Source: Octopus vulgaris (Eukaryota). From it: a stretch of DNA of 64,000 bases. The notes under the pieces were generated by a model. It searched no databases and was not told the origin of the DNA. It was given only the letters and a program-made list of their open reading frames with translations. The stretch covers positions 136,648,001 through 136,712,000 of the forward strand of contig OX597816.1 in the NCBI GenBank assembly GCA_951406725.2, read 5' to 3'. This document shows, one piece after another, positions 26,259 through 40,034 of this stretch; position 1 is the first letter of the stretch; each line of letters starts with the position of its first letter. A program made the position numbers and the translations under genes.

Positions 26259-26499
26259 CTATATGTGTGTATCTATGAATGTGTTTCTGTTTGTTCCCCA
26301 CCACGACTTGATAACTGTTGTTGGTTTGTTTACATCCCTGTCATTTAGCAGTCCGGCAAAAGAGACCAGCAGAATAAATATCAGGGTCGATTCATTTGAC
26401 TAAAACCCTACAAGGTGCTGCTCCAGCATGGCCGCAGTCCAGTGACTGAAACAAGTAGAAGATAAATGATAAAAGATACGTCTTGATTGACGTGGTGGG

Positions 26500-26830
26500 G
26501 GTGGAGTGATTGATAAAAGGCTTTTGCAAGGAATCTAAGGCATCGGCTGCACATTGGGTAGTAAAGAGATCCCAAGCAATGCATTGCACCCTACAAGTAT
26601 ATTTCATTCCACTGGTGGTTTTTAATCCTGAAAGCATTTCAAAGATGTATGAATGACTTGTAGTTTGTGGTGAAGCCTCCATGTGTTGTGTTGCTGCCTT
26701 CGTTCAAGTGTAATCGCCGATGTAGCCTGTGTATTTTATGTATCCCAGAATGCACTTTGCTTCATCTCTGTGCTGTAAAAAGACATTTATAACTATTGGA
26801 GATTGGAGATAACTTCATCTTCATTGAGAT
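26500..26830 (-). mobile_element. Probable Penelope-like GIY-YIG remnant
   Basis: Broken translation ..YKCLL..KYTGY...ADALDSLQKPFIN resembles the PLE endonuclease end (EALxI...KPxIN). Confidence 0.4.
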
Positions 26831-27739
26831 AGTGTGGAGGGGAGGGGGGATACCTCACCTCAGTTGTTTTCCTATGACACATAATAAGACATTAAATGCA
26901 TACACAAGTTGAAGCAGACTCGCTCATTCTGCTTTATTACTATTCAAATTAACGCTCCCTCCCCTCACACCCTCGTTATAACTTGCTGTAGCTACTCTGC
27001 AACTGTTACCACTCCAACCACCCCTCCCACACTTTTTGCTCCTCCTACCATCACTACTCTCTCCTCCCTTCCTACCACTACTTCACTCTCACTCCACCTC
27101 CTTCCATTCTCTCATTACTCCTACCACCACGACATTTGTCCCTCCTACCACCATCACTACACTTCTTACCCCTTCCACCACTGCAACCACTCCTCCACTT
27201 TTACTCATTCAACTACTACTACTACATATTTCATCCCTCCTACCACCACTATAGAAGTACCTCTCCAGCCACTACTGTCAACTGTTACTGTAGTTGACCT
27301 TCCTGTTTATTTGTTCCAGCAGCAGCTGTTACTGTTATTGTCTTCACCCACCTCCTCCGTTGGCAGTTTTCTTTTGCTGCTGCTCTTACAGCTTTTACCC
27401 CTCCCTATATGAATGCTACACTGCTTACATATACTTGCACTACTTCTGTCAGCACCCACACACATATATATACACACACACACACATATATATATATACA
27501 CACACACACACATATATATATATACACACACACAGACATATATATATACACACACACACACATACGTGCATCTTCTGTCACTGCTTGCTGTTGTTTACAC
27601 CAGTAGCAGAAGTGGTGGCGGCGGTGGCAGCAGCAGAAGTATTACATAAGTTAGGGTTCTTGTATTCAGTGCGGTGACATTACAGCAGCACCCTTTTTTT
27701 TTTATTATACTTTAATGTGTTACTTAGCATAGAAGCAGT

Positions 27740-28108
27740 CAGTCATTCCCACACTTATTTTGTTGCAAAACATTATCACGGAACCCAAACCTTTATTTTA
27801 CTAAGAAACTCCAACACTGCCCTAAATTTAATAAACTGCTAAATAAAATTTAAATTATTTTAGCTAGATATTTTATGTGTATAAAAAAAGAAGCATACTC
27901 TCTTTTACTCTTTTACTTGTTTCAGTCATTTGACTGCGGCCATGCTGGAGCACCGCCTTTAGTCGAGCAAATCGACCCCGGGACTTATTCTTTGTAAGCC
28001 CAGTACTTATTCTATCGATCTCTTTTGCCGAACCGCTATGTGACGGGGACGTAAACACACCAGCGTTGGTTGTCAAGCAATGCTAGGGGGACAAACACAG
28101 AGACACAA

Positions 28109-28143
<35 letters not shown>

Positions 28144-29296
28144 CATATATACGACAGGCTTCTTTCAGTTTCCGTCTACCAAATCCACTCACAAGGCATT
28201 GGTCGGCCCGGGGCTATAGCAGAAGACACTAGCCCAAGATGCCACGCAGTGGGACTGAACCCGGAACCATGTGGTTGGTTAGCAAGCTACTTACCACACA
28301 GCCACTCCTGTGCCTATGTATCACTTTGAAAATGAATTTTTTTTTTGTTTGTTTGTTTTATGAATTTTTATGAATTTTTATTAGAATATTAGAAATCGAT
28401 ATTTGCACTGAGAACAGTAAGATCTGAAACAATTATTTGCATATTTATTCTTAACATGTTCAGGCAGTTTTGAATGCAAATATGCTAATCATTGTTTTGT
28501 ATGTCACAGGAGAACACCTCATTTTTTACTATGCCAATGTACTCATAACACAACTTGATTCATTGGTGCAAGAAAATTCTGGGATACCTGTATCTTTGCA
28601 TGATGTGTCTCATCAGTCAGAAGCATCTGGGCTTTTGAGCCTAAACAAGCAGCCAAACAGTTTGATGATCAGTGCTGATATTTGCCAGCCAATAATAAAT
28701 CATTATTCATATCATGAACAGCAAGATCTGAAATGATAACTTGCATATTTATTATTAGTTTGTTGTGGCAGATTGGAATGCAGATATGCTAATCACTGTT
28801 GTGTGTGTCATAGAGCAACTTCTTTCACAATGACTGTATCTTTTACTTGTTTCACTCATTAGACTCAGCCATGCTGGGGCACTGCCTTGGAGAATTTTTT
28901 AGTTGAATAAATTGACCCCAGTATTTTTTTTAAGCTGAGTACTTATTCTATTGGTCTCTTTGGCCAAACTGCTAAGTTATGGGGGCATAAACATGCCAGC
29001 ACCAGTGGGGGACAAACAGACACAAAGACACACACATAAATGACAGGCTTCTTTCAGTTTCTGTCTACCAAATCCTCTCACAGGGCTTTGATCGGCCTGA
29101 GACTTTAGTAGAAGACACTTGCCCAAAGTGCCATGCAGTGGGACTGAACCTGAAATGAAGACTTTGGGAAGCAAACCTCTTACCACACAGCCACGCCTGT
29201 CTTGGTAACGACTCAACTCATTGGTGCAAGGGATTCTGGGACACCTTAACTTGCAGAACCCAAGGGTTTCCTGGAATCCATGTTGGGGAAACACTA
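27740..29296. mobile_element. hAT-type non-autonomous element with nested SINEs and an internal direct duplication
   Basis: Termini CAGTcattccc.../...gggaaacACTa; 8-bp TSD gaagcagt / gaagcaga (7/8); ggaaccc subterminal motifs. Confidence 0.65.
27897..28314 (-). mobile_element. Full-length CORE-type SINE (similar intact copies 31831-32229, 38680-39048, 42478-42889)
   Basis: Complete head to tail and near-identical to the other copies. Confidence 0.9.
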
Positions 29297-30028
29297 GAAG
29301 CAGAGTTATTACTTTACTTAGTACACTAGTTTTGACATAGTGTTGGTATATAATGCAATGATACTGTGTATTGTGTCACTGAAGAGTTCAGTTCTGTCCT
29401 AGCATAATAACTCCTGTTCATTTCCTCCTCTCCTCATACATTTCTTTTGTTGTTGTTGTTGTTGTTCCCAATTGTGTAGGCTAAACAACAATAACAGCAG
29501 TTCTCATTTCCCACTGAATAGAAACTATGATCAGTGGGCATTCCAGTCATGACAACCACTCCAGCTTTTGTGTGTGTATCAGGAACTAAGATGGTTGGTT
29601 ATTATTTGAGAGAGATTTGGCTGCTATTTTTGACAAGTCATTCTCTAAAAATTTTTCCTGTTGGGACATGATATTGTCTGTGGGACAATCAGGTGTCTCA
29701 AACAAATGAAAGTCATTACTCACTGTACATTTATTACTTAATAAGTTATTACATAATGTATAGTGTGTCATTTCTCAGTTCGTGTACAATTATTATTATT
29801 AAGTTATGGTGGTGTATAGTTATTACTCAGTATATAGTTATTACTTTATAAGTGATTATTCAGTAGGTTGTTATTAGATGTATAATTATCCAGTGTATTA
29901 TTATCCCCTTCAAGTTATTACTTAGTGAGTTATTTTTCTGTGTACTGTTATTACTCCTATGGAATTTGCAGAACCATACAGACTGAAATGCTTCCTAGTT
30001 GTGATTACATGTTCAATCCACCCATCTT

Positions 30029-30188
<160 letters not shown>

Positions 30189-30301
30189 CATATTTCTGCT
30201 AGGATGCATGTTTTATGAACTCCCTTTTCTCCATACCGTTTACCTCCTAAATTGATATTAATTAATTATTAATGATAATAATCTACTTTCTAATCACACA
30301 G

Positions 30302-30394
30302 AGCAATGTTGAGAAAGTGAAGGAATATCTTCCAAATGGTTTTGAGCCAATGATAAGAATTTTGAAGAAGTTTTTAGGTTTCATGAATCTTACG
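30302..30394 (+). CDS. WAPL: WAPL coding exon
   Basis: acAG / gtaagt, 31 codons: SNVEKVKEYLPNGFEPMIRILKKFLGFMNLT (conserved LKKFLxFMNLT). Confidence 0.95.
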
Positions 30395-31547
30395 GTAAGT
30401 TGCTGTCTTATTGTTCACATACAAGCATTTTCCTTCTGTTCTACTACAGGCATACCTCATCTTTGGTGGGTAATTGTTTCCAAAATATGCAACTTAACTT
30501 GACAAACAATGCAATACGAAAAAACATTCTAAAAATCTTTATTAGCTTATATCTGTTTTAACAAATGATTTATATACATCATCAGCTTCAGCATCATTTA
30601 ATGCCTATTTCCCATACTAGCATGGATTGGATGGTTTGACAGGAGCTGAGAAGTAGGAGAGCTTCTTCAGGCTCCAACTGTTTACAGCTGGATGCCCTTT
30701 CTAACACCAGCCACTTTACAGAATGTACTTAGTGGTGCCAGCATGGGTGCTTTATACGTAGGCATTGGCAAGGGTGCTTTTTATGCAACACCAGCACCTG
30801 TGAGCTCACAAGGAAAAGACTTCTTGGCTGAGAGAGGGAGCGGTGGGTATGGATGTATGTATGTATGGGTAGGATATGCCTGAAAGTATTTTATGTGATT
30901 TTGTAGTGTGATGTTGAGTTTTTTAGGCATTTAAAAATTTCTTATACTTTTAAATGTGTTCATTGTAACTGACCGTAAAGTCATAAATTGATTGAATTTG
31001 AGGATTGTTTTTCCATTTATTTCTTTAAAAGAAAACAAATAAGTTGAGGTATGCCTTTGTATTGTCTCTCTGACATCCATTTATGTCAATAAATTAGGTG
31101 TAGGCATACCTGTGTGGTAAGAATTTTGTCTCCCAACCGCATGGTTTCAGGTTCGGTCTTGGGGTTTGGGGCTATAGTAGAAGAAGCTTTGACATCTAGG
31201 CCAAATATCCTCTGCTATAGCCCCAAGCCAGCCAACACTGTGTGTGGATTTGGTGGACAGAAACCGAAAGACGTCCACTGTGTGTGTGTGTGTGTGCATG
31301 TGCTGGTCATAGGGATCATCTCCTCGATTGGAAACAGGTGAGGGTTGGTGACAGGAAGGTCATCCAGATGTAGAAAATCGATCTCAATAATTTCCATCCA
31401 ACCCAAGCAAGTGTGGAGAAGAAGAAGTTGAAGGATGATGATGATGACACCAAAGCTAATCACTTAACTGCGTGGATCAATTGTTGTTTGTAATTGTATT
31501 CATTGTCATCAATGTTTTAACATGTGTTTTGCTATATTAGCTTAGAT

Positions 31548-32254
31548 CAGTGGTTCTCAAACGGGGTTCATATGAATTTTTCGGCAGTCCACACAAGCAA
31601 AATAGTAAATCGGAGACTCACATGTAGTTTGCTAAAGGTCTATGGAAAATTTTTATTTAGATGTATTTACTGCAAGAAGCAATTGGGTTTCTTTCCTTAA
31701 CATAGTTCAGCTGTCACAAGTGATTAAATGAAATGCAAAATAGTAATTTTGAAAGAAGTATCTATGAAACTAGTTTTTAAACATCAAATAGCTATGAGGG
31801 TCCACCAGAATGAAATAAGGGGTCTATATACTCTTTACTCTCTTTTACTTGTTTCAGTCATTTGACTGCGGCCATGCTGGAGCACCGCCTTTAGTTGAGC
31901 AAATCGACCCCTGGACTTATTCTTTGTAAGCCTAGTACTTATTCTATTGGTCTCTTTTACCGAACCACTAAGTTACAGAGACGTAAACACGCCAGCATCA
32001 GTTGTCAAGTGATGTTGGGGGGACACACACACACACACACACATATATATACATATGCTTATATATATGAGCTTCTTTCAGTTTCCGTCTACCAAATCCT
32101 CTCACAAGGCTTTAGTCGGCCCGAGGCTATAGTAGAAAACACTTGCCCAAGGTGCCACGCAGTGGGACTGAACCCGGAACTATGTGGTTGGTAAGCAAGC
32201 TACTTATCACACAGCCACTCATGCGCCCATATAGAAAATGGTTGAGAACCCCTG
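31548..32254. mobile_element. hAT (Charlie-like) MITE containing a SINE
   Basis: TIRs CAGTGGTTCTCAA / TTGAGAACCCCTG; 8-bp flanks gcttagat / acttagct. Confidence 0.75.
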
Positions 32255-33258
32255 ACTTAGCTAGATTACACAGGCCTGTCATACAGTATATTGATTGACA
32301 TTCATTTCAATCTTCTAGTATTATTACTACTACTACTGCAAGGCAAAAGTGTTTTTTTTTTTTTGAGATCTAGCCTCATAGAAATAATCCTTGTATCTTC
32401 CCTCAGTATCCTTCTCTATGACTGCAATCTCCTCTGATCAAATTTTGGTTATCAGCTAATCTAATTGCAAACTACACTATACCATACTGAAGCTTCCATC
32501 ACTCCAAGATTTCAGCTTCAGCTATCTGACTACTAACTCTCATTAGCTAATTTCATCCAATTGATGTGACTGACTGGCACTTCAGCTAATAACTGCAAAT
32601 GTAGGCAACATACTACTGGAATAATATCTTCGTTGATGCTGCTCTCCTTTTGATGTCCACTTTTCCATGCTTTTAAGGGGTGGGTGGAATTTGTTAAGAT
32701 AAATTTTCTGTGCCCTTCCTGTCATCAACCCTCACCTGTTTATTTGTAAGGTAATATTTCTCCATGATCAGACATGTTTTTCACAAAAGTTTGGAAATGA
32801 AAAACCCTGCTTACATGATAGTTACACTCATTTACAACTATCATACAATTTTAAAACAAGAAGGCATGAAAGAAAAGGGCACTCAGCACATTTAGTAGGA
32901 GTTAAATGTATTATTTAAAATAGTTTGATTTGGTTTCGCTGGCCTCTAACAGAGGCTTGTTTCCTTCAGACTTTAGATTATCTGAAAGAGGCGGGCTTCT
33001 GTAAAACTAAGTCGCATGGAACTGAAATCAAGCTGTTTTAAATAATATATATTTAGTACAAAGTAAGATAGGGGTTATGAGGGTAACCCACTATGGGATA
33101 TCAGTTATCCAATATACTGCTGGTGAAGCACCCAAATGCTAAATACATAAATGCTTATAATTGCAATGTTCCTATTTATATAGTTAATAAATAATATGAA
33201 GTGGTAATATCTGTAAATTGATGATTGAAATGAATTTGTTCCTCCATTTTCTCATTTG

Positions 33259-33290
<32 letters not shown>

Positions 33291-33297
33291 CATATAT

Positions 33298-33662
33298 GGA
33301 CGAAGGCAGCTGTGTAAAGAAGTGCCAATCCCTAACCGTGGAAGAGGTAGACCTAGGAAGTCATGGGACAAGGTGGTGAAGCATGACCTTCGGATGTTGG
33401 GCCTTGCAGAGGCAATAACAAATGACCAAGACTTTCTGCAAGTGAAATTGTAGTCGTGGCGGATACTGGTGTCACACAACTGGCATCCGTGCCAGTGACA
33501 CGTAACAGCACCCATTACACTCTCGGAGTGGTTGGTGTTAGGAAGGGCATCCAGCCATAGAAATCATGCCAAATCAGACTGGAGTTTGGTGCAGCTCCTC
33601 AACTTACCAGCCCTGATCAAACCGTCCAGCCCATGCCAGCATCTACGAGTATGTTAAATGAT
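33298..33662 (+). mobile_element. RTE LINE 3' end (ORF2 C-terminus + 3' UTR)
   Basis: RGRGRPRKSWDKVVKHDLRMLGLAEAITNDQD is a typical RTE C-terminal motif and runs into the (GAT)n-type UTR repeat. Confidence 0.8.
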
Positions 33663-33904
33663 CATATATCTATACAGCAAGTGTCTGTCAGTTTCTGTCT
33701 ACCAAATCAACTCATTGGTGTCAGTCCAGAGCTACAGTAGAGGACACTTGCTCAAGGTGTCACACAGTGGTATTAAACCTGGAACCTCTTACCATACATG
33801 CCTGTGCCTAGCCTATTTAGCTTGTTATTTTATTTGCTTACAACAGATTAGATCCATTTGTTTCTCTTTTCTAATGTATTTGTTTGTTTGTTTGTTTTTT
33901 TCAG

Positions 33905-33970
33905 AGTGCTTCTGGTGGATCAGGAAGTCGTTCAATTGCTCGAGTCATCGAGACTCTGGAAGCTTGTTAA
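33905..33970 (+). CDS. WAPL: WAPL terminal coding exon with stop
   Basis: T-rich tract + tcAG. Encodes SASGGSGSRSIARVIETLEAC then TAA (cf. vertebrate C-terminus KSISRVIEYLEHC). Confidence 0.92.
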   Translation, partial: SASGGSGSRSIARVIETLEAC

Positions 33971-34032
33971 ATAAATCTGCAGTGACTTCTGCTTTTGTAT
34001 TTTACTGAAATCCCACCCTTGTTCCTCTGCTC

Positions 34033-34069
<37 letters not shown>

Positions 34070-35134
34070 ATTTTCTCAATTATGCTATTCTTTTTAGCCA
34101 TGCCAAGAGTCCATTGATTTCTCATCATCATTCATTGTACCACATCAAGTCTCCAACATGTTGCCTCATTCAGTAAGTGCTTCGCAGAGATTGCTTAGAA
34201 AATCTTGTCGCACCATCAAGAATATAGTCCCCACCCCCTCCCCCACATTTCTTCTTCTTCTTCTCTCTCTCTCTTTCGCTCTCTCTAAATTTTGCTTTAG
34301 TTTCAAACTTTCCTCTTCTCCCTATCTTAATGCCTCCCTCTTCTCCCTCTTTCTCTCTCCTCTAAGTGATGTATGAGTACTAATTTTACTCTACAATACA
34401 TAGAAATTGATTTAGATGATTGGGTTGAAGACAATGTTAATAGTGCAGCTATTATGGTGGCCCATACCTGGGCAATCAGTATGGAAAATCTATGATGAAG
34501 ACCACTGCATCAATCAATCAATTCAATTGTCTATTTTGTTTTCAAAACAAAAGAAATGTTTATTTTCTCATATGGACAGAAAAAGAAAACTGTATACACA
34601 AAAAGTGGAAAGATGATTTATAATTTTGACTTTGGGTATAATGTGGGCTAACAATACAGTAGAATAGGACAACAACATGTTCAATTTATATAACAGGGTA
34701 ATAGCATGTTGTGGTATTGTACAACAGGGTAACAAAATGTCATATCATAAAGTAGAATAATTATATGTCACTGTAATATAGCAAGCAGCATTTTGTCTGA
34801 TATACCTATGCCTATGTATTTCATTACATTTTATATATGTATATATATAGATACTATTGATTGCAATGTCAACTTGAAATAGATCTTTAAAAACTCAATG
34901 AAGAGCTAACAAATAGAATAAATAGTTTTGTACCTCTTCTCATCTCCCCTCATCCCTACCTCTTTCCCATGTCCAAGTTACATGTTCATGCACACACACA
35001 CATGTTATAATTTACAATAATTAACAACCAATCTGCTGGCCTTATATAGAGAGATACAGTTATATTTTAGTTGATATAATGTATTGACATATTTGAATGT
35101 TTGGTTGTTGTTACTGGTCACTGTAAAGACTGAT

Positions 35135-35176
<42 letters not shown>

Positions 35177-35284
35177 TGTCAGTAGAATTAGTACTGGGGT
35201 TTCAACAGAATATCAACAGTTGCTTTCGGCATCTATTGTGATGTTGCTGGCATCATTTGTTGGTGAATTGTTTATTACAGATTT

Positions 35285-35660
35285 GGAACACAGAATTGAA
35301 TTGGTAGAATTGGGGAGTTGAACTGAAAGCATGGCGAATGGGACTGATAGAATGGACAGTTGGACTAGTAGTGGCATCAGATGAATTGCTGGAGTGTAGA
35401 GATGGACTGGTAGAATGGATAGTTGAACTTGTAGAGTGGGAGGTAGACTGAGAGTGTTGGGGTGAGGTTGTATTGCTACAGTGGAAAGTTGGGCCGGTAC
35501 AGTTGCAAGTGGATTTGGTAGAATTGTGAGTTGGACAGAAAGAGTTAGACTGGTAGAGTTTAGAGAGGGACTGATAGAATGAGAGTTGGACCTGTAGAGT
35601 GGGAGTTGGACTGTAGAGTTGAGAATTGGACTGGTAGAATTGAGAGTTTGACTGGCAGTC
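35285..35660. repeat. Degenerate ~20-21 bp minisatellite (ttggactggtagaRtgggag) in the putative 3' UTR
   Basis: Roughly 15-18 diverged units are visible. Confidence 0.7.
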
Positions 35661-36801
35661 TGGTGAAATTATTTAACATCTACAGGTGTGGGCAACTGAG
35701 GCAGGCTTCATAAGCTAGCTACTGTCTTATTCAATTATCCTCTCTGCTAATTTTTTCCCTTCTCTGTTCCTCTCCAAGTCCCTCCCTTATACCCACCATA
35801 CACAAACACATGCACACAACACACTCACAAACTGTCATAATTATTTGAGTTTTCACTTCTGATGAACCGACTAAACAGATAGGTATCAACTATAAACTTG
35901 ACCCTGCATAACTAATAAACCTTCAAACCAAACCATCTTTGATCATCTTTTAACTATTTCCAGCCCCCTTTTTCCTCCTTCAGTTATGCTGTCCACTTGT
36001 TTCTATTTTGTCCTGTTGTTGTTTTTTTCTTCTCCCCTCCTCCAACTATTTTACTTGTACTTTACTTTTCCTCCTCCCTCCTCCTCCTCCTCCGTTGCGT
36101 GCCTTTCTCTCTGATATACACTCTTCCTACTCCTCTAGACACACACACACACACACACACACTATCAATGAGATATCACTTTAAATTTCCTCCCACGATA
36201 CCTTAGAATCCAATCGTGAAGTCAAGTTGGTCACCAAATTATTATCATTTTCATAATCATTATCACTATTATTATTATGATTATTATTATTATTATTGTA
36301 TAAACACTATCATCAATATTATAATAATTATTAATATAATTCTTCTTGTTAATATTATTATTAATATCATCATTACCCATAGTTGTTCTCCTAATAAAAA
36401 CTAAGAAACAAAAATAAAATACCAACAAAAAAACGTTTTTAAACTATGAAAAAATATTTTTTTTATTTTATTATTTTGTAAATTATTCGAGTATGTTTCA
36501 TCCTTGTGCTGTCTTTCTTGGCATGGCTCCACTGTGCATATGTAACTATAACTTAGTGTGCATCATACAGTTTTTACCTACTGCATGTATGACCGCATCT
36601 GTTTTATATATGTGTATATCAGCATCTGCGTGTATGTGTGTATTCGAATCAGTGTATAGTGTAATGCGTGTGTGTGTGTGTATACATATATGTATAACTA
36701 TGTGTATGTATATCGTGTATATATGTATATATATGTGTGTGTATATGTATGCGTATATATGTGTGTGTGTATATATATATATATGTATATATATGTATGT
36801 A

Positions 36802-36852
<51 letters not shown>

Positions 36853-37512
36853 AAGTGCAATTGTATGCATTTCTGCACTTAAGTGCATTTCATATTAATA
36901 TGCATTGTGTGAAGATGAAGAAAAATAAAAATATATGCTCTGAACCCCATGTAAGCATGGAAAAATAGACATGGAATAATGAAGACGATGTTGATGAGAG
37001 AATTAAACATTCTAAAATAATGGGACAAAGACAAAAACAAAACAAAAATGATATAAAAAGAATCACCAATCTGAAATAATTGATGGGCGGGAGGTGAATG
37101 AAATAACTGTACAGGGTTACTTAATGAAACGAAATTATTTCATCAAAATACTTGAGGACTATTAAATGTGCCATTTTTTAATTTTTTTTTTTTTCAATTT
37201 TTTTTTTTTTTTTTTACAGTGGCAAAACTGGGGAAGACTTTCACTTTCCCTGCTCTCCCCTCTCTTTTTTTTATTATTGTCTGTTTTTCAAGGCAGGTGG
37301 GATGGGCTGGGTAGGTGGTTGATCTATGCACTTCTCTGCTGCGTTTACTACTTGTTCTAAAAGAAGCAGTTGGCAGCGAAGAGAAAGGCTAACAACAGCG
37401 TTATTGTGGAGATCTACATGGAGTCAGCTGTTCGACTGCTCTCTCTCCCCTTTACCATTTTGGTGCAACTGTATCAGTAGGTGTAAATGTTCATCTAATG
37501 TAGTTTCTGCAC

Positions 37513-37518
37513 AATAAA
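37513..37518 (+). promoter_or_regulatory. Candidate distal polyadenylation signal
   Basis: AATAAA preceded by TGTA motifs and followed by a T-rich stretch, at the end of the SINE-poor block. Confidence 0.45.
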
Positions 37519-39046
37519 GATATTTTTACAAGGAATTTCTTCATAATTTTTTTTTTTTCATTCTCATATTGTTCTATTGTAAATCTGTTGCAATTTGTAC
37601 ATGCATATGTGTGTATGTGTATAAATATATGTGTGTATGTGAATGCATGTGCGTATGTCTGGTAAGAAGTTTGCTTCACACCCACATGGTTTTGGGTTCA
37701 GTTCCATTGTGTGGAACCTTGGGCAAATGTGTTCGATTATAAACCTGGGCCAACCAAAGCTTTGCAAGTGGATTTGGTAGAGAAAAACTGAAAGAAGCCT
37801 GCCATATATATTATGTGTGTGTGTGTATGATGGACTCTCCAGAACAACCTGCACAAATGATTTGTTTATAGTGATCAAATGTTCATGCCACACATTAGCT
37901 CACTCTCTCCATCAAATGAACATTGCCTGAACGTGTGCATGGTATACCACACATCATGTGTCAAAGTGATCACAGAGCAACATGAGATGAAGTGTTTTGC
38001 TCAAGAGAACAACGCATTACCCAGTCTTGGAATTGAAATCAAGATTGTCAGATCATTGGTGCAACACCCTAACCCCTAAGCCATGCGCCATCATATATAT
38101 ATGTGTGTGTGTGTGTGTTTTTTCTTTACATACCATGATAGTTGTAAAATGATTGTCACCATCATTCACCTCCAGTATTCTGCAAGAACATGTCTAGTCA
38201 CTGAAATATTACCTTGCCTGGAAAGGGGTCAGGGTTGGTGGCACGAAGGGCATCTGACCATAGAAAATCTGCCTCAGTGATATCCATCCGACCCTTACAA
38301 GCTTGGAAAAGTGGATGTTATGATAATTATATTCAAATATCATTTGTCTTGTTTTAGTTATTGGACTGCAGCCATGCTGGGATACATCTTAAAGAGTTTT
38401 AGTCAAACAAACTGACCCCAATAATTATTTTCTTAAAGTTTGGTAGTTATTCTATCTGTTTTTTGCAGAACCACTAAGGTATGGGGATGTAAACAAACCA
38501 GTCCTGGTTATCAAGCTGTGAGAGGGATAGACATAGAATGGGCTTTCAGTTTCTGTCTACCAAATCCTTTCACAAGCCTTTGGTTGATCCAGAGCTGTTT
38601 AGTTCAAAGGTGCCATGCAGTGGGACTGAACCCGGAAGCAAACTTCTTACCATGCACCAGAATATATATATATATATTCTTTTATTTGTTTCAGTCATTT
38701 GACTGTGGCCATGCTGGAGCACCGCCTTTTAGTCGAACAAATCGACCCCAGGACTTATTCTTTGTAAGCCTAGTTCTTATTCTGTCAGTTTCTTTTGCTG
38801 AACTGCTAATTTACAGGGATGTAAACACACCAGCATTGGTTGTCAAGCAATGTTCGGGGGACAAACACACACACATACATATATATGACCGGCTTCTTTC
38901 AGTTTCCGTCTACCGAATCCACTCACAAGGCTCTGGTCGGCCTGAGGCTATAGTAGAAATCACTTGCCCAAGGTGTCACGCATTGGGACTGAACCAGGAA
39001 CCATGTGGTTGGTAAGCAAGCTACTTACCACACAGCCACTCCTGCG

Positions 39047-39084
<38 letters not shown>

Positions 39085-39581
39085 GGGTTAGATTGATTTT
39101 TAAAAAGTTTTGATTCCAGTATTCTTTTATTTTCTCTGACTGGGACACCACTTTTGAGAGATTTTAGTTGAATGTATTGGATCCTAATACTGATATTTAA
39201 AAAGATCTGGTACTTATTCCATTGGTCTCTTTTGCCAAAGTGCTAAGTTATGGGGATGTAAACACACACACACATATACGGCGGGGCATCTTTCAGTTTC
39301 TATCTACCAAATCCACTCACAAGGCTTGGTTAACCCAGGGCTATTGTAGAAGACGCTTGCCCAAGATGCCACACAGTGGGACTGAACCTGAAGCCATGTA
39401 GTTGGGAAGCAAGCTTCTTGTCACACAATCACACCTGTTTGTTATTTGTTTATAATTTTTTTGTTTTCTAGAAATTACACTTTCATTTTTGTTATTTATT
39501 TATTTATCATTAATGTTATTCTTCTTTAGATTTAAAATAGTGTTTTGTGTTTCTGACATGCCAGGAAGAAAATAGTATCTT

Positions 39582-40034
39582 TGGTGGAATTCTGCTTTAA
39601 GCACCCCATATAATTCCACGTAACTTTTTTATCTTTTGGAATTTTCAGAAATTTTTTGTGAATATGTGTTCTACACACAGGAAGGAATTCATGCCACTAT
39701 GAAAAAAAATCTGTTTTTTAATTTTTCGAATTTTTTTTTTTAAATCACAGTTTAAAATATGGACAGTCTGAATTTTTGGCTTAAATCCCAGCAATGGACC
39801 ATTAAATGTGCTTATGGGGAGAAAGATATTGAAAAATATCAATACATCAAAGTGACAAACAAATGAGAGTGGTATGAGGTGGTTGTGAGATGTGCGAAAA
39901 AAACAGCTAAATACCCCTTAAATCATTTTTTTTTTTTTTGTGGGTGGTGCATAGTTGTATGAATTTCTGAAAATTCTAAAAAATAAAAAAAACTATGAGG
40001 GTTTATATGCTGTGTGTAAAGTAGAATTCCACCG
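39582..40034. mobile_element. MITE with ~45-bp imperfect TIRs
   Basis: ggtggaattctgctttaagcac..catataa / ttatatgctgtgtgtaaagtagaattccacc. Confidence 0.65.

Larger units (their letters stand above)
33971..37535 (+). other. WAPL: Probable long WAPL 3' UTR
   Basis: Follows the stop codon and is almost free of the SINEs that pepper the introns. Several AATAAA occur (33970, 34917, 35914, 36393, 37513). SINE density resumes right after ~37650. Confidence 0.55.
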
